From positions 26,924-77,876 of the forward strand of contig NW_005434625.1 of the NCBI RefSeq assembly GCF_000315625.1: a stretch of 50,953 bases of DNA. Direction: 5' to 3'. Positions 1-11,386 of the stretch are shown one piece after another. This stretch comes from Guillardia theta CCMP2712. Lineage: Eukaryota; Protista; Cryptophyta. The translations under genes were made by a program, and so were the position numbers. A model generated the notes under the pieces. The model saw only the letters and a program-made list of their open reading frames with translations, searched no databases and had not been told where the DNA came from. The number at the start of each line of letters is the position of its first letter. Within the stretch, counting starts at the first letter, position 1.

Positions 1-80
1 CTCCTTGCTCTTGCTCAGCGACAGGTCGCCGATCTGCTGGGGAGGGATCTTGATGAAGCCGATCTTCATCCCCGGCGGGA

Positions 81-1007
81 TCACTTGAGCCCCAGAGGAG
101 CGAACACCATGCTCACCATCGCGTCGTTGACCAGCAGGCTGCTCCCCCGCGGCTTGTTCGGCGTGTTGACCGTCGCGCACACAGGAATCACGATCTTGAC
201 CGCCGGCTCGTCGTGAACTCGCGCGATCAACGGCTCCGTCGTGATCTCGGGGTCCACCAGCACGACCCCAGCAGCTCCAGCCTGCTGGGCATGGAGGACC
301 TTGATGTTGTAAGGTACGGCCCTTGCTGGAGGTTTGGGGCCTCGCAGGACGGCGACGATCTTGCCGCGAACCTCCGCGGCGTTCCAGAGAGGAACGTCAG
401 CGTAGCTTGGACGAGCCCAGACCACCCGAGCTGAGACGTCGCGCATGTGCCTGTAATGGTGGGGGGTGAGCTGAGGAGGAGGAGGGAGCTGTTCCTGGGC
501 ATGCGAAAGGAGGATGCTGGCGCAGGTGTCGAGCCGAAACTCCGGGAGGACGCGAGCAGGCAGCTCATCGCGCTGCACAGGCGTCGGCTCCTCCCAGATC
601 GGCTGGGCCCCATCGAACGTCAGACCCAGCAGAGCTCCAGCTTCATCCCTCATCCTGCCTGACACTGGGTTGCCTCCCTCGAACTTCCCTCGGAACTGCC
701 TCCTGTCCTGGAAGACGTAGAGGCCTTCCCCGTGCATCCTCCCTCCCTTCATCTCCCCGTGGTACTCGGAGCCGTCAGGCCAGAGGATGGAGCCGAACCC
801 GTTGGGTATGCCGTCCTGGATGAAGCCACAGTACATGAACTTGTCTTGCTGCACGACATGATATCCGTTCAAGTCATCTTGCTTCTGGCTGATCATCATC
901 ATCCTCCCTTCGATCTCTCCTTCCTCCTCCTGCCTCCCTCCGTCGCTCTCTCTCGCTCCTCCAGGCTCTGCCGCACTCCCTTGGCTCACCTCCTCCACCT
1001 CCCCACT
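81..1007 (-). CDS. Partial protein with MORN repeats followed by a PA (protease-associated) domain; 5' end lost in N-gap
   Basis: MORN-like YCGFIQDGIPNGFGSILWPDGSEYHGEMKGGRMHGEGLYVFQDRRQFRGKF; PA-like VRGKIVAVLRG...KVLHAQQAGAAGVVLVD...IVIPV. The stop at 81-83 may be a homopolymer frameshift. Confidence 0.7.
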   Translation of the reverse strand, partial: SGEVEEVSQGSAAEPGGARESDGGRQEEEGEIEGRMMMISQKQDDLNGYHVVQQDKFMYCGFIQDGIPNGFGSILWPDGSEYHGEMKGGRMHGEGLYVFQDRRQFRGKFEGGNPVSGRMRDEAGALLGLTFDGAQPIWEEPTPVQRDELPARVLPEFRLDTCASILLSHAQEQLPPPPQLTPHHYRHMRDVSARVVWARPSYADVPLWNAAEVRGKIVAVLRGPKPPARAVPYNIKVLHAQQAGAAGVVLVDPEITTEPLIARVHDEPAVKIVIPVCATVNTPNKPRGSSLLVNDAMVSMVFAPLGLK

Positions 1008-2149
1008 NNNNNNNNNNNNNNNNNNNNNNNNNNNNNNNNNNNNNNNNNNNNNNNNNNNNNNNNNNNNNNNNNNNNNNNNNNNNNNNNNNNNNNNNNNNNN
1101 NNNNNNNNNNNNNNNNNNNNNNNNNNNNNNNNNNNNNNNNNNNNNNNNNNNNNNNNNNNNNNNNNNNNNNNNNNNNNNNNNNNNNNNNNNNNNNNNNNNN
1201 NNNNNNNNNNNNNNNNNNNNNNNNNNNNNNNNNNNNNNNNNNNNNNNNNNNNNNNNNNNNNNNNNNNNNNNNNNNNNNNNNNNNNNNNNNNNNNNNNNNN
1301 NNNNNNNNNNNNNNNNNNNNNNNNNNNNNNNNNNNNNNNNNNNNNNNNNNNNNNNNNNNNNNNNNNNNNNNNNNNNNNNNNNNNNNNNNNNNNNNNNNNN
1401 NNNNNNNNNNNNNNNNNNNNNNNNNNNNNNNNNNNNNNNNNNNNNNNNNNNNNNNNNNNNNNNNNNNNNNNNNNNNNNNNNNNNNNNNNNNNNNNNNNNN
1501 NNNNNNNNNNNNNNNNNNNNNNNNNNNNNNNNNNNNNNNNNNNNNNNNNNNNNNNNNNNNNNNNNNNNNNNNNNNNNNNNNNNNNNNNNNNNNNNNNNNN
1601 NNNNNNNNNNNNNNNNNNNNNNNNNNNNNNNNNNNNNNNNNNNNNNNNNNNNNNNNNNNNNNNNNNNNNNNNNNNNNNNNNNNNNNNNNNNNNNNNNNNN
1701 NNNNNNNNNNNNNNNNNNNNNNNNNNNNNNNNNNNNNNNNNNNNNNNNNNNNNNNNNNNNNNNNNNNNNNNNNNNNNNNNNNNNNNNNNNNNNNNNNNNN
1801 NNNNNNNNNNNNNNNNNNNNNNNNNNNNNNNNNNNNNNNNNNNNNNNNNNNNNNNNNNNNNNNNNNNNNNNNNNNNNNNNNNNNNNNNNNNNNNNNNNNN
1901 NNNNNNNNNNNNNNNNNNNNNNNNNNNNNNNNNNNNNNNNNNNNNNNNNNNNNNNNNNNNNNNNNNNNNNNNNNNNNNNNNGGGGGGGGAGGAGGCAGGA
2001 GGAGAAGCAGAGGGGATTAAGGGAAAGTAGAGGGGGCGAGGGGGGTGGGGGGAGGGCAATAGGAAAAGCAGAGAGGATTAGGGGAAAGTAGAGGACTGAC
2101 ATTGCGAGGGGTTGCGCATGTCAGGTTCTCTGCAAGAGGCACATGGTCA

Positions 2150-3724
2150 GCACTTCAGCTCAGCAAAGGAGCGACGTGACTTGGTTACCTGCAAGCCCTT
2201 CCGTTGCCGCTTCCTCCTCCTCCATCCTGTCAAAACATGCTATCAGTTTAACAACCCCAGCAGCAGACCCAGCTCACGTGCTCTTCTCCATTGCTGGTTG
2301 CATCCTCGAGAGCCACCGGGTCAACTTGCTCGATTTCTTCTCATTTCTTTCCTCTTGTTGTTGAGCCCTGGCAGGAGAGCAAGCCTCTTTCTCCTTCATC
2401 TCCGAGGTCCAGGCTCTCTTGGAGGCCATCTGAACCCACCGGCGCATCGGCTCGCACATGTTTACTTCCTCCTTGCGCTCCCCCACTCCTTCTCGTGTCT
2501 GCCTGCACCGCATGACCCACCTATGCCACGTCAGACTTCAACTTTGAACATTATGACGTCACCTTCCAAGCTTTCCTCCCAAAGCACTTGCTCCTGCCGA
2601 GGGTGGCACTTGAGCTTGAGCTTGAGCTTGAGCTTGAGCTTGAGCTTGAGCTTGAGCTTGAGCTTGAGCATGTGCTTGAGCATGTGCCTGAGCTTGAGCT
2701 TGTGCTTGAGGTTGAGGTTGAGGTTGAGCTTGTGCCTGAGCTTGAGCTTGTGCCTGAGCTTGAGCTTGAGCTTGTGCCTGAGCTTGAGCTTGTGCTTGAG
2801 CTTGAGCTTGAGCTTGAGCTTGAGCTTGAGATTGTGCCTGAGCTTGTGCCTGAGCTTGTGCCTGAGCTAGAGCTTGAGCTTGTGCTTGAGCCTGTACTTG
2901 AGCTTGAGCTTGAGCTTGAGCTTGAGCTTGTGCCTGAGCTTGAGCTTGAGCTTGTGCCTGAGCTTGAGCCTGAATTTGAGCTTGAGCTTGAGCTTGCGTT
3001 TCTCTACTTGTGCTTTCCTCCTGCAGTTCTTCGCCTCCTCTTGGTCCTTCTTTCATCTTCGCATGGGTCTGTGACTGCGAGTCAGGAAGTTTCTCTCCTC
3101 CTGTCTCCCTTACCTCCTCCCATTCCTTGATGTCTCCTAGCGCACTTGTCCAGATCTGCAGCAGCTCCTACACAAACATGATCCCGACTCTCCCACTCTT
3201 GTCCTCCTTTAGCTCTCCCTCACCTCCGCCTTCTGCTCTTCAGCTCCTTCCACCTGCGTCCGGCTCCTCAGCAGCCATCGCTCAAGCTTCTTGGGGTCTG
3301 CTTGGAAAGAGGCTGACGGCAACGAGTCCCTGCTGCGTCAAATCTTCAAAGAGCGGAAGAGAGGAGGGGGAAGGAGCAGGAGCAATACCTCTGCTGCAAC
3401 GACAGTCTCGTGCGGTGGAGCCACCGACCTAGCTTTGAGCTACTCTGCTGCTGCTGCTGCTGCTGTATGCTGTAGAGGATCAACATCATTATCGTCGGCT
3501 GGTCCACGAGCTTGACTCACCTCACGCTCTCTCCGCCCATCGCTGAACGAGTGCGATGGATCCAACGCTTGAGCTTGGGGGAGAACGAGCTGGGGAGGAG
3601 GAAGCGGTCAGGCGAGACACTTCCGCGTCATCGCTCACCATGGCACGTTGCTCTTGCTCCATCCCTCCACACAGCCGCATTCAGAAGGATTCCCCACGTC
3701 CGCACCCGCTGAGTCCCTTGGCAT
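2150..3724 (-). CDS. Multi-exon hypothetical protein with repeated KLxRW[IL]xR motifs and a long (AQ)n tract; ends approximate
   Basis: Minus-strand exons bounded by GT-AG give [39 protein letters not shown] 2559-3056 carries the AQ tract. Candidate ATG at 3724. Confidence 0.5.
2609..2996. repeat. (CTTGAG)n hexanucleotide microsatellite with CTTGTG/CCTGAG variants; encodes (AQ)n on the minus strand
   Basis: Directly visible tandem hexamer of about 390 bp. Confidence 0.95.
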
Positions 3725-4519
3725 CCTCCTCGGTGCCTGGACGACCAGCAGATCAAGGCAGGAAACAGCCGTACTCCCTTCCTCTCCCTTTCCCTCTCCT
3801 CCTTCCTCCTTTCTACCCTCACCATCTCCCTCTTCTCTTTCCTACTAGCCTTGCTCGCCTCTGCTCCTCTCCATCTTCTGTATCCTCTCCTTCCATCTCC
3901 TTCTCTCGTGCACCCATCCTCTCCTCTCCCCCTCTCTCCCTCCCGCTGCTCCCTCCCCGCACCCTCCACGTCTCATTTTGCGGCTAAAAAGGAACACTGG
4001 CCTAATACGCCCCCGATAGTGGTACTACACCAGTAGAGCCATGGCAGCGCGATAGACAAGGCGTCCTCACCCCCCTCTCCCTAGCGCCTCATCACTTGTT
4101 CATCTCTCCTCTGATCTGTGCTTGTCTTCTCCCTCCTCTCCCTCCTCTCCTCTTCCTCAAATCTCCTTCTTCCTCCTCTCCCTCCTTTCCTCTTCCTCAA
4201 ATCTCCTTCTTCTTCTTCCTCCTCCTCCTCCCCTCAACCCTCCTCCCCTCAACCCTCCTCCCCTCTACGTCTTCTCCTTATCCACATTTCTGCATCGTCA
4301 CTAGTACTCTCGCCATTGCAACGGTGCAAATTGTATGTGACCCTCCCCGAGAAACACTGAAGGGCATGGGCCAAGGTGAAATGTTTTATAATTGAGGCAT
4401 TAAGACAATATACCATAGGTCGTGTGTTAGTGGTCCTGGGTCGTGGGAGAGACGAAGGCGACCCTGCTCCCAGCTTTTACTCTGGGCGGGTCAGAAGGGA
4501 GAGGAGGGAAGGAGAGGAA

Positions 4520-4820
4520 ATGAGCAAGCAGTACAACCTCAAGGGATTGAAAGGTTGCTTGCTGCTCTGTTGTGAGATGTGCTGCTCATGCTTCTCTTGC
4601 AGACTCGAACTCTGACGACGAGTTCTTCGTCGTTACAACACCATCGACCAACAAGAGCAAGCATGCTGCTAGGAGACTTGAAAGCAGCGACGAAGACTCT
4701 CCTCGTGATGTTTTCTCCCTCTCCTCTCTCTTCCTCTCATGCTTCTGCTCTTCAGAGGCGAAGCCTTCAAGCTTCAGGAACCGACCGGCCCCGAGGGACG
4801 CAGCATCGTCCCCTGAGTCC
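4520..4820 (+). CDS. 5' exons of a gene running into the N-gap, possibly the N-terminus of the downstream glycosyltransferase
   Basis: ATG at 4520; two short GT-AG introns splice to MSKQYNLKGLKDSNSDDEFFVV...SSDEDSP...AKPSSFRNRP. Confidence 0.45.
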
Positions 4821-4964
4821 NNNNNNNNNNNNNNNNNNNNNNNNNNNNNNNNNNNNNNNNNNNNNNNNNNNNNNNNNNNNNNNNNNNNNNNNNNNNNNNN
4901 NNNNNNNNNNNNNNNNNNNNACTTGTCTCGCCCTCCTCTTGCATGCGTATGCGTGGGCGGGTAG

Positions 4965-7900
4965 GGGCAAAGAGACTCGCTGCGGATCCAGGAGCCATGG
5001 CTGCTCGAGTACCAGAAGCTCCATGCCTCCATCACCCGCGGCGATCCCTCCGCCGCTCGCTATGCTGTCTGGACCTGCAAGGCCATGGTGGATGGGCCAA
5101 GGCCGTCGGCGGAGGAGGAGGGTTTCATGGGATGCACAGGGTATGGGAACCGCCTGCTGGGGGTGACGACGACGCTGCTGTACGCAATCGTGACGGGACG
5201 CGCGCTGGCGATCGACTGGCCGGGGCCTCGACCGCTGCAGGAGTACTTCAGCTCTCCGGGGGGTCTCTTCGACTGGACCCCTCCCCCCCACCTCCTCCTC
5301 GCCTCTTCCGTGCACCTCGATGACCGGGTCTCGAGGAGGAACCTGAGGGTCACCCTGCTGACTCGCAACCTGACGGAGGAGCACCCGGAGCAGGTGGTCT
5401 ACATCACATGCAACGAGGCCTTCTTCGTCGACCTGATGCGCAACCCGTTCTACTCCTCCTCCCTCCGCTCCATGGGCGTCCGATCCCCAGAGCAGGTCAT
5501 GGCGGCGCTGCGGTACTTCCTCGAGCCAGCTGGGCGGCTGCTGGAGGAGCTGAACAGGCTCTGGAGCTCCTTCGACGGCTGCATCACTGTAGGCCTTCAG
5601 GTTCGTTTCGGCACGAGCAAGACGAGCCCGTACGCCATCATGAGCCGAGAGGAGGCAGAGATGTTCTTCGAGGTGGCACGAGCAGTAGGAAAAGAGCAGC
5701 AGGAAAAGGAGCGGCAGCCACAGCAGCCTGTGGAGGAGATGGGGGAGGAGCGGGAGGAGCGGGAGGAGCGGGAGGAGCGGGAGGAGCGGGAGGAGCGGGA
5801 GGGCAGGTGCGTAAAGATGTTCTTGTCGACAGACGATGTGGAGTATGCGGAGGAGATGAAGGGGAGGGAGAAGGACCTTGTTTTCTACGACGGGCAGGTC
5901 GGGCATGTCGACTGCACGCAGGACGAGGAGGAGCTGCTGAAAGTTTTCGTCGACCACTGGACGCTGGCGAACATGGACGAGATCGTGTGCTCCGTTCCCA
6001 GCACCTTCGGCTTCTCAGCTCGCATGCTGAACGTCAGTGGGAGGACAAGCTTGCACGCGGTGATAGCGAGGAGGTTCAGGCTCAACAGGAGCCAGCGGGA
6101 GCAGCACAAGTTCTGGTCTTGCGGGGAGCAGGACGTGTGCTTTTGCGGCACCATGGGGATCGCTGGGGACCTCTGCACGGGGAAGTTGCAAGATGTTGTT
6201 TTCCGCATCACAGAAGCCTACCTGGTGCACGACGAGGAGGAGGAGGGGAAGAGAGGGAAGGAGAAGGACGAGGAGGGAGGGAGGCTGGTTGACGATGTAC
6301 CTCTCAAGGTCATCATCTCCTGCTTCCTGTACGGAGAGCTGGCAAACGTTCCCCTCACGTCTCCCTACACTGAGAACACAACCCTGTATGTGTTTGTCAA
6401 CGGGATACCCTCTCCTCCAATCGACGTCAACTGCGACGACCCGCGCCCTTGCGCAATCGTGACGTTGGTGCCGCGACAGCAGCTGCAGGAGGAAAGAAAC
6501 GTCATCGAGCTTTCCCTGTTTGTCGGCTCCACCCATATCGATTACATGGACATCGTCTTCGGAGAGAAGGAGCGGGAGCAAGAGGAGCACCAGGAGCACC
6601 AGGGGCAAGAGCAGCAGCAGCAGCAGCAGCAGGGCGGACAGGACGGACAGGAGGAGCCAGCAGAGCAGGAGCTTCAGCACTTTGAGTCGAGTACGAGTTG
6701 CCTCAAGGAGGAGGTGAGCTGCTGCTGCATCGGCTGCTGGGGAGGTTGCTGAGACGTTGCAGGTGAGCTCTCTCGCCCACGAGTCGCAGGTCATTGGCTT
6801 CTACGGCCAGGCGTCGGAGACGAGAGAAGCAGGCTTCAAGTTTGAAATCTCAGTCTCCTTCCTCGACATGAAGCTGGTCAGGCTGCTGCTTTCTCCTCCT
6901 CCCTCCTCCCTCCTCCCTCCTCCCTCCTCCCTCCTCCCTCCTCCCTCCTCCCTCCTTCCCTCCCTTCCTACCTCCCCCCTTCTCCTTTTCCCTTCTTTCC
7001 CATCATGAAAGAGGTCAGGTAATGGTCTCACTCAGGTATTACAAGCTTATAGCAGGAAAGAAGCAGGAGACATCCGCTTCCGCATGAGCTCCCTCAACAA
7101 GTAAGACATGACGTTCTTGATTTCTCCTCATCCCCCTCAGCCCCCAGGATTTCATCCTTGTCACGCAGCAGCTCGATGCGTATCCCGGCGAACCTCCAAC
7201 GGAAGTGACGTCATCAACGGGATGGTTCCGCATGCCGGCGCTGCTGGACCAGTGGTGGGGGGTGACCTTGCGGTCTGCCGCCTTCAACGTCCTGCTCATG
7301 AACTCCATCCTCGCCTCTCCCTCCCTTCAGCAGACTCTGACAGCTGCCCTGCCCTTGCAATGCACGCGGACTGAAGAAGAGGAGCGCCAAGTTGTTGAGG
7401 TGGAGAAGATGCCGGTGGTGGTGATGAACATTCGGGAGCGAGAGGACAGGAAGGTATAAACTTCCTCGTGCTGCCATGCTCTGACCGCCTGCTGCTCCCA
7501 GCAACACATGGCCTCCATGCTGCATCGCCTTGGCTTCGAGAACGTTTCCTTCCCCCTGACGATCAGCAGACGAGACGTGAAGGAAGAGGAGCTCGTACAG
7601 CAGGGGAAAGTCTCGGTCGAAGGCATCCGATCTCTCCGAGCAAAGTTTGGTCAGGACGCGATCAAACCTTACATCGCACACGCTTTGTCGTACACACAGC
7701 AGGTGGGCCTTTAGTTTCCCTCCCTCACTTGACACGAACTTTGACTTGTCAGGTACAAATGGCCATCTCTTCTCATTCTCCCTGGTTTGCGATCATGGAG
7801 GACGATCTAGTCCCTGCCTTCGAGCCGTCTGCCCTTCTCCGCTACCTCTCCCTCGCCATCTCCCAACTCCCGCCTTCGGGCGACATCCTCTACCTCGAGT

Positions 7901-9183
7901 GAGTAGAGCTTCAGCCCTGCCTCTCAGTCTGACACGGGAGTCTCAGGTACTGCTGGGAAGACTGTCAGGTCAGCGCCTCTTCTCCTCCTCTCAGCCCCGA
8001 CGCTCTTGCCAGGGCCTCCTCTACAGCCAGCCTCTCCTCCACAACGTGGCCGCAGGCGTCAACACCGAGTTCCTCGGCATCGCCAGGGCGGTGCGACCGG
8101 CATGCACAGGCGCTATCGTCATGACGGAAGGAGGAGCGAAGAAGGTTGCTCGGGCCCTCGTGCCCATCTTCCATGGCCTCGACGACATGTAGCGAGTCTG
8201 TTGGGCCTGCTGCTGGATGAGAGCTGGGTGCTTGCAGGATTCCGAGGCTCATCGAGGAGGGGGTGGTCGAGGCCTACGTCACCGTCCCCCCCTTGTTCTA
8301 CCAGAGCAGCTTCTTCGGTTCCGACGCAGGTCGACGACACCTTGAGATGCTGCAGGCAAGCTCCGGTGGAGGGCAAGGAGTGGGGGGAGGGAGGAAGAGA
8401 ACGGCAGAGGAGAACAGGAGGGGAGAGGAGAAGTAGAAACAAGGGGAGGGGAGGGGAGGGGAGGACAGACCAGAGGAGCGAAGTACAAGGGTACTGATGT
8501 TCCTCTTGCAGAAAGGAAACGGTGAAGGCATAGGAAACTTTCACGCCATCGTCCTGCCCGCCTGCCTCAAGGAGCTCAATCCTGTGGTGGGGTACGGCCT
8601 GGTGTCTTGGTGGGAGCAGTCGGGTGAAGAGACTTTCCTGCCGGTGTGAACCTGACTGCCGCTGGTGCAGACGCCGCTACCAGAGCTCGTGCATCGTGGG
8701 AGGCAAGCTTCACAGCAGTTGGGGAGGCGCGAGCGGCAAGTGGGACGGGAGGAGGGCTATGCGGTTACGACTGTGACGAGCAGGTGGGGGACGATGACAC
8801 CCTTGTGGTGGACGTGAAGATGGTCGACTTGTGGGGCTGGTGGGGGAGCGAGGAAGTGTCACTCGCCTTCTGGTCGCGCATGCGGTCGGACCTTCAGTTC
8901 GACATGCTCGTGGGAAGGTGTCGAGAGGTCGTGGGGAGTGCTGGCTACTGACGTCTGCTGGCTACTGACGTCTGCAGGACTGCAAAGGGGCAACGAGACC
9001 TTGTCCTCTTCTTTCAGCAAGACAGCGACTGCTTTAATCTCTCTACCAGCTCCTTGTGCAACCTCCTGGTCGAAGCTGAGGTACTCGCTCGTACTCACCT
9101 GCTTTACTTGACCTGCAAGTCAGTTCGTCAAGGAAGAGCGCTACGTAGAGTTGTACATCTCACTTGTCTTGCTGCCTGCATAA
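4965..9183 (+). CDS. Multi-exon glycosyltransferase: N-terminal alpha-fucosyltransferase-like (GT23/GT37-type) domain plus C-terminal GT25-like domain
   Basis: FucT motifs GYGNRLLG, VGLQVRFG, FLSTDD, STFGFSA. GT25 motifs VVVMNIREREDRK, HALSY, AIMEDDL, DILYLEYC, CTGAIVMTEGGAKK. Joined by short GT-AG introns; 3' end approximate. Confidence 0.65.
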
Positions 9184-9489
9184 ACTACGACACCTCGTAT
9201 CGCATATTGCTACATGTCCTCTCTCCTCCGACTCCCCCCTGCTCCTTAAAATCTCCCTTGCTCCTACTCCTCTACGTCTCTACTCCCCTCCTCCCTGCCT
9301 TCCCTTCCTCACTCCTTCCCTCCCCTCCCCTCCCCTCCCCTTCCTTCTCCTCCCCTCCCTCTTCTCCTCTCCCTCTTCTCCCCTCCTCACGAGCATGCCC
9401 GGTCTATTCCCTCGGAACAAACTTTCAGAGTTTATTTCTTGTTCTGGTCAGCAGCAGGACCTACTCGGGCCAGGGGTCAACCAGCGGAG

Positions 9490-10763
9490 ATGGAGGACGG
9501 GGAGCTTCGCTCGGAGCTTGTGCTAAGACAGGCGATGCAGGACGCCCTGCTGACGCTTCATGGCGATGCTCCTGTACAGTCCTCGCGCACCGCCGAGATC
9601 TCGGAGGAGAAGATGAAAGAGCTGGAGGACGGGAGAGTTGACGTGATCTCGGTGAGTTGGCTGGCTGCGAGAGGACTGCTGTAACTGATGCACATGCTCA
9701 GATCATCGTCGGGACGGGGTTCACATGGAGTTTGAAGAGGAACGGCAAGTCAGTCTACGGGAAGGCGGTGCAGGACCTGGCGCTGCTGCGATGGTTCTTA
9801 TCCTCCATAGTGAAGCCCGGCATCCTGCTGTCCGTGTACTCCACGAGCGGAGAGAAGGGCCAGAGGACCTACAGGGGGAGGGTGGAACAACTCGATGTGG
9901 GAGACGAGTCAAGGCGCATCCGCTTCAAGTACTTCGACGATCCCGCTGTTCACACTCTCTTCGCCAACAGCACCGTCGACATCTTGGACGACACAGGGGA
10001 GTCGGACTTCTCGCTGCAGACGCTCAGCACGTACCTTGAGGAGGGCCATAGGATCGAGGACAAGGATTTCCCCCTGTGCAGCGAGCACGCGCTAAATGAG
10101 TACCTCCAGGATGAGCAGGACGGCGTATACAGTATCAACACGATCGAGGAAGAGGCTCCCTCCGGCTTCATTCCCCTCAGGGTCACATACAAGTGGGAGG
10201 ACCAAGTTCAGAGCATGCTCTGCTACCGGGTCCGAGCTTCGGGAGTGTATCCGCGGTGGATGAAGTACGACGGCCATATCACCACCTGCGAGCAACCGTG
10301 GGAGGCAAATGACGTCGACAGGCTGCGACAGGATGACAGGAAGCAGATCTTCACCAACGAGTCCGAGCTGCGGGTCAGCTATAAGTACCTCAGGAAGAGA
10401 GTCTACTTTGCGGGGGAGAAAGGTGACGTGAGGAGAAGCGCTGACGCGTTTGAGTGATTGGATTGTGAATGCAGAGCAAGGGTTTGCGGTGAGAAAGTTT
10501 TCTAGAAAGTTTTCGGAGACTTCATCCAAAGGTGAGCTTCCAACATCAAGCTGCTCATTCACTGGTTGGAGATTGACTTGTCATTCACAGAGCGCAGATC
10601 TTCGATCTGGTCTATGTTCTCATCGAATTCCTTCAAGGACAAACTTCAGCAGCCGATGTCGGCAAAGGTGGCGGGTCGTTTGCGAATGGCTTCATCGATA
10701 GCTCTCTTCCTCGTGATCCTGACTTTCATTCTCGTAGTGGTGATAAATCGACTAGTCTCTTGA
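9490..10763 (+). CDS. Hypothetical multi-exon protein with a C-terminal transmembrane helix
   Basis: ATG 9490, intron ~9652-9701, long exon (ORF 9657-10457), final exon ending IALFLVILTFILVVVINRLVS*. Confidence 0.55.
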
Positions 10764-11386
10764 GCCCGTCATCTGTCCGAAAACCTCTTCCTCACTTGAA
10801 TGACCTCGTGCAGACCGCTGCATTTGAACCTAGTCCCATCCATACAGCGCGCGTATCGCAAGGATGCGACGATTAGGTCGTCATCCCCTTCTCGCAGCTC
10901 TGGATCTTCACTTCGCTTCCTTCTGTCTGACTTACCAACACATCCTGCCACTGACCACCCCTTTCCCTACGCTTTCTCCTCCTCTCCCTCCCCCTTCCTC
11001 CCCCTCCCCCTCCCTCCTCCCCCTACCCCACTTTTCATCCAGTCTGCACACAAGGCTTCATTTATATGTATTGTAAATTATATATATATATTACTTTGTA
11101 AAGTGTTTGCAGTAAAAGTCATTTTTGTGGTACAATCGAATAACAACAGTTGTAGAAGAGACGTTGGAACTGAACGACGGTAGGCATGGCAGGGCGAGGA
11201 GGAGGGCGAGGAGGAGGGCGATGACAAGGACAAGGATCGAACAAGCATGACGGCAAGGGATGGGCCTCAACGGATGTCTTGAAAGACTTGACAGGGGTTT
11301 ACAACTCACTTGGTCCTGAGCACCTTGAAACTTAAGACGGGGGGGATGGTAACAGAAGCAGATATGCAGTGGTTGATCCATGGTTC

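Noticed and set aside
732-2102. Long ORFs spanning N-gaps (also 4572-5166, 20074-22053, 25522-26646)
   Set aside because: Open only because N translates as X; they join unrelated segments.
2588-3130. Plus-strand (EL)n and (LS)n ORFs
   Set aside because: Alternative frames of a stop-free hexamer repeat; splice signals support the minus strand.
8940-8976. 17-bp tandem duplication GCTGGCTACTGACGTCT
   Set aside because: Local slippage duplicating an intron branch-point region; no further structure.
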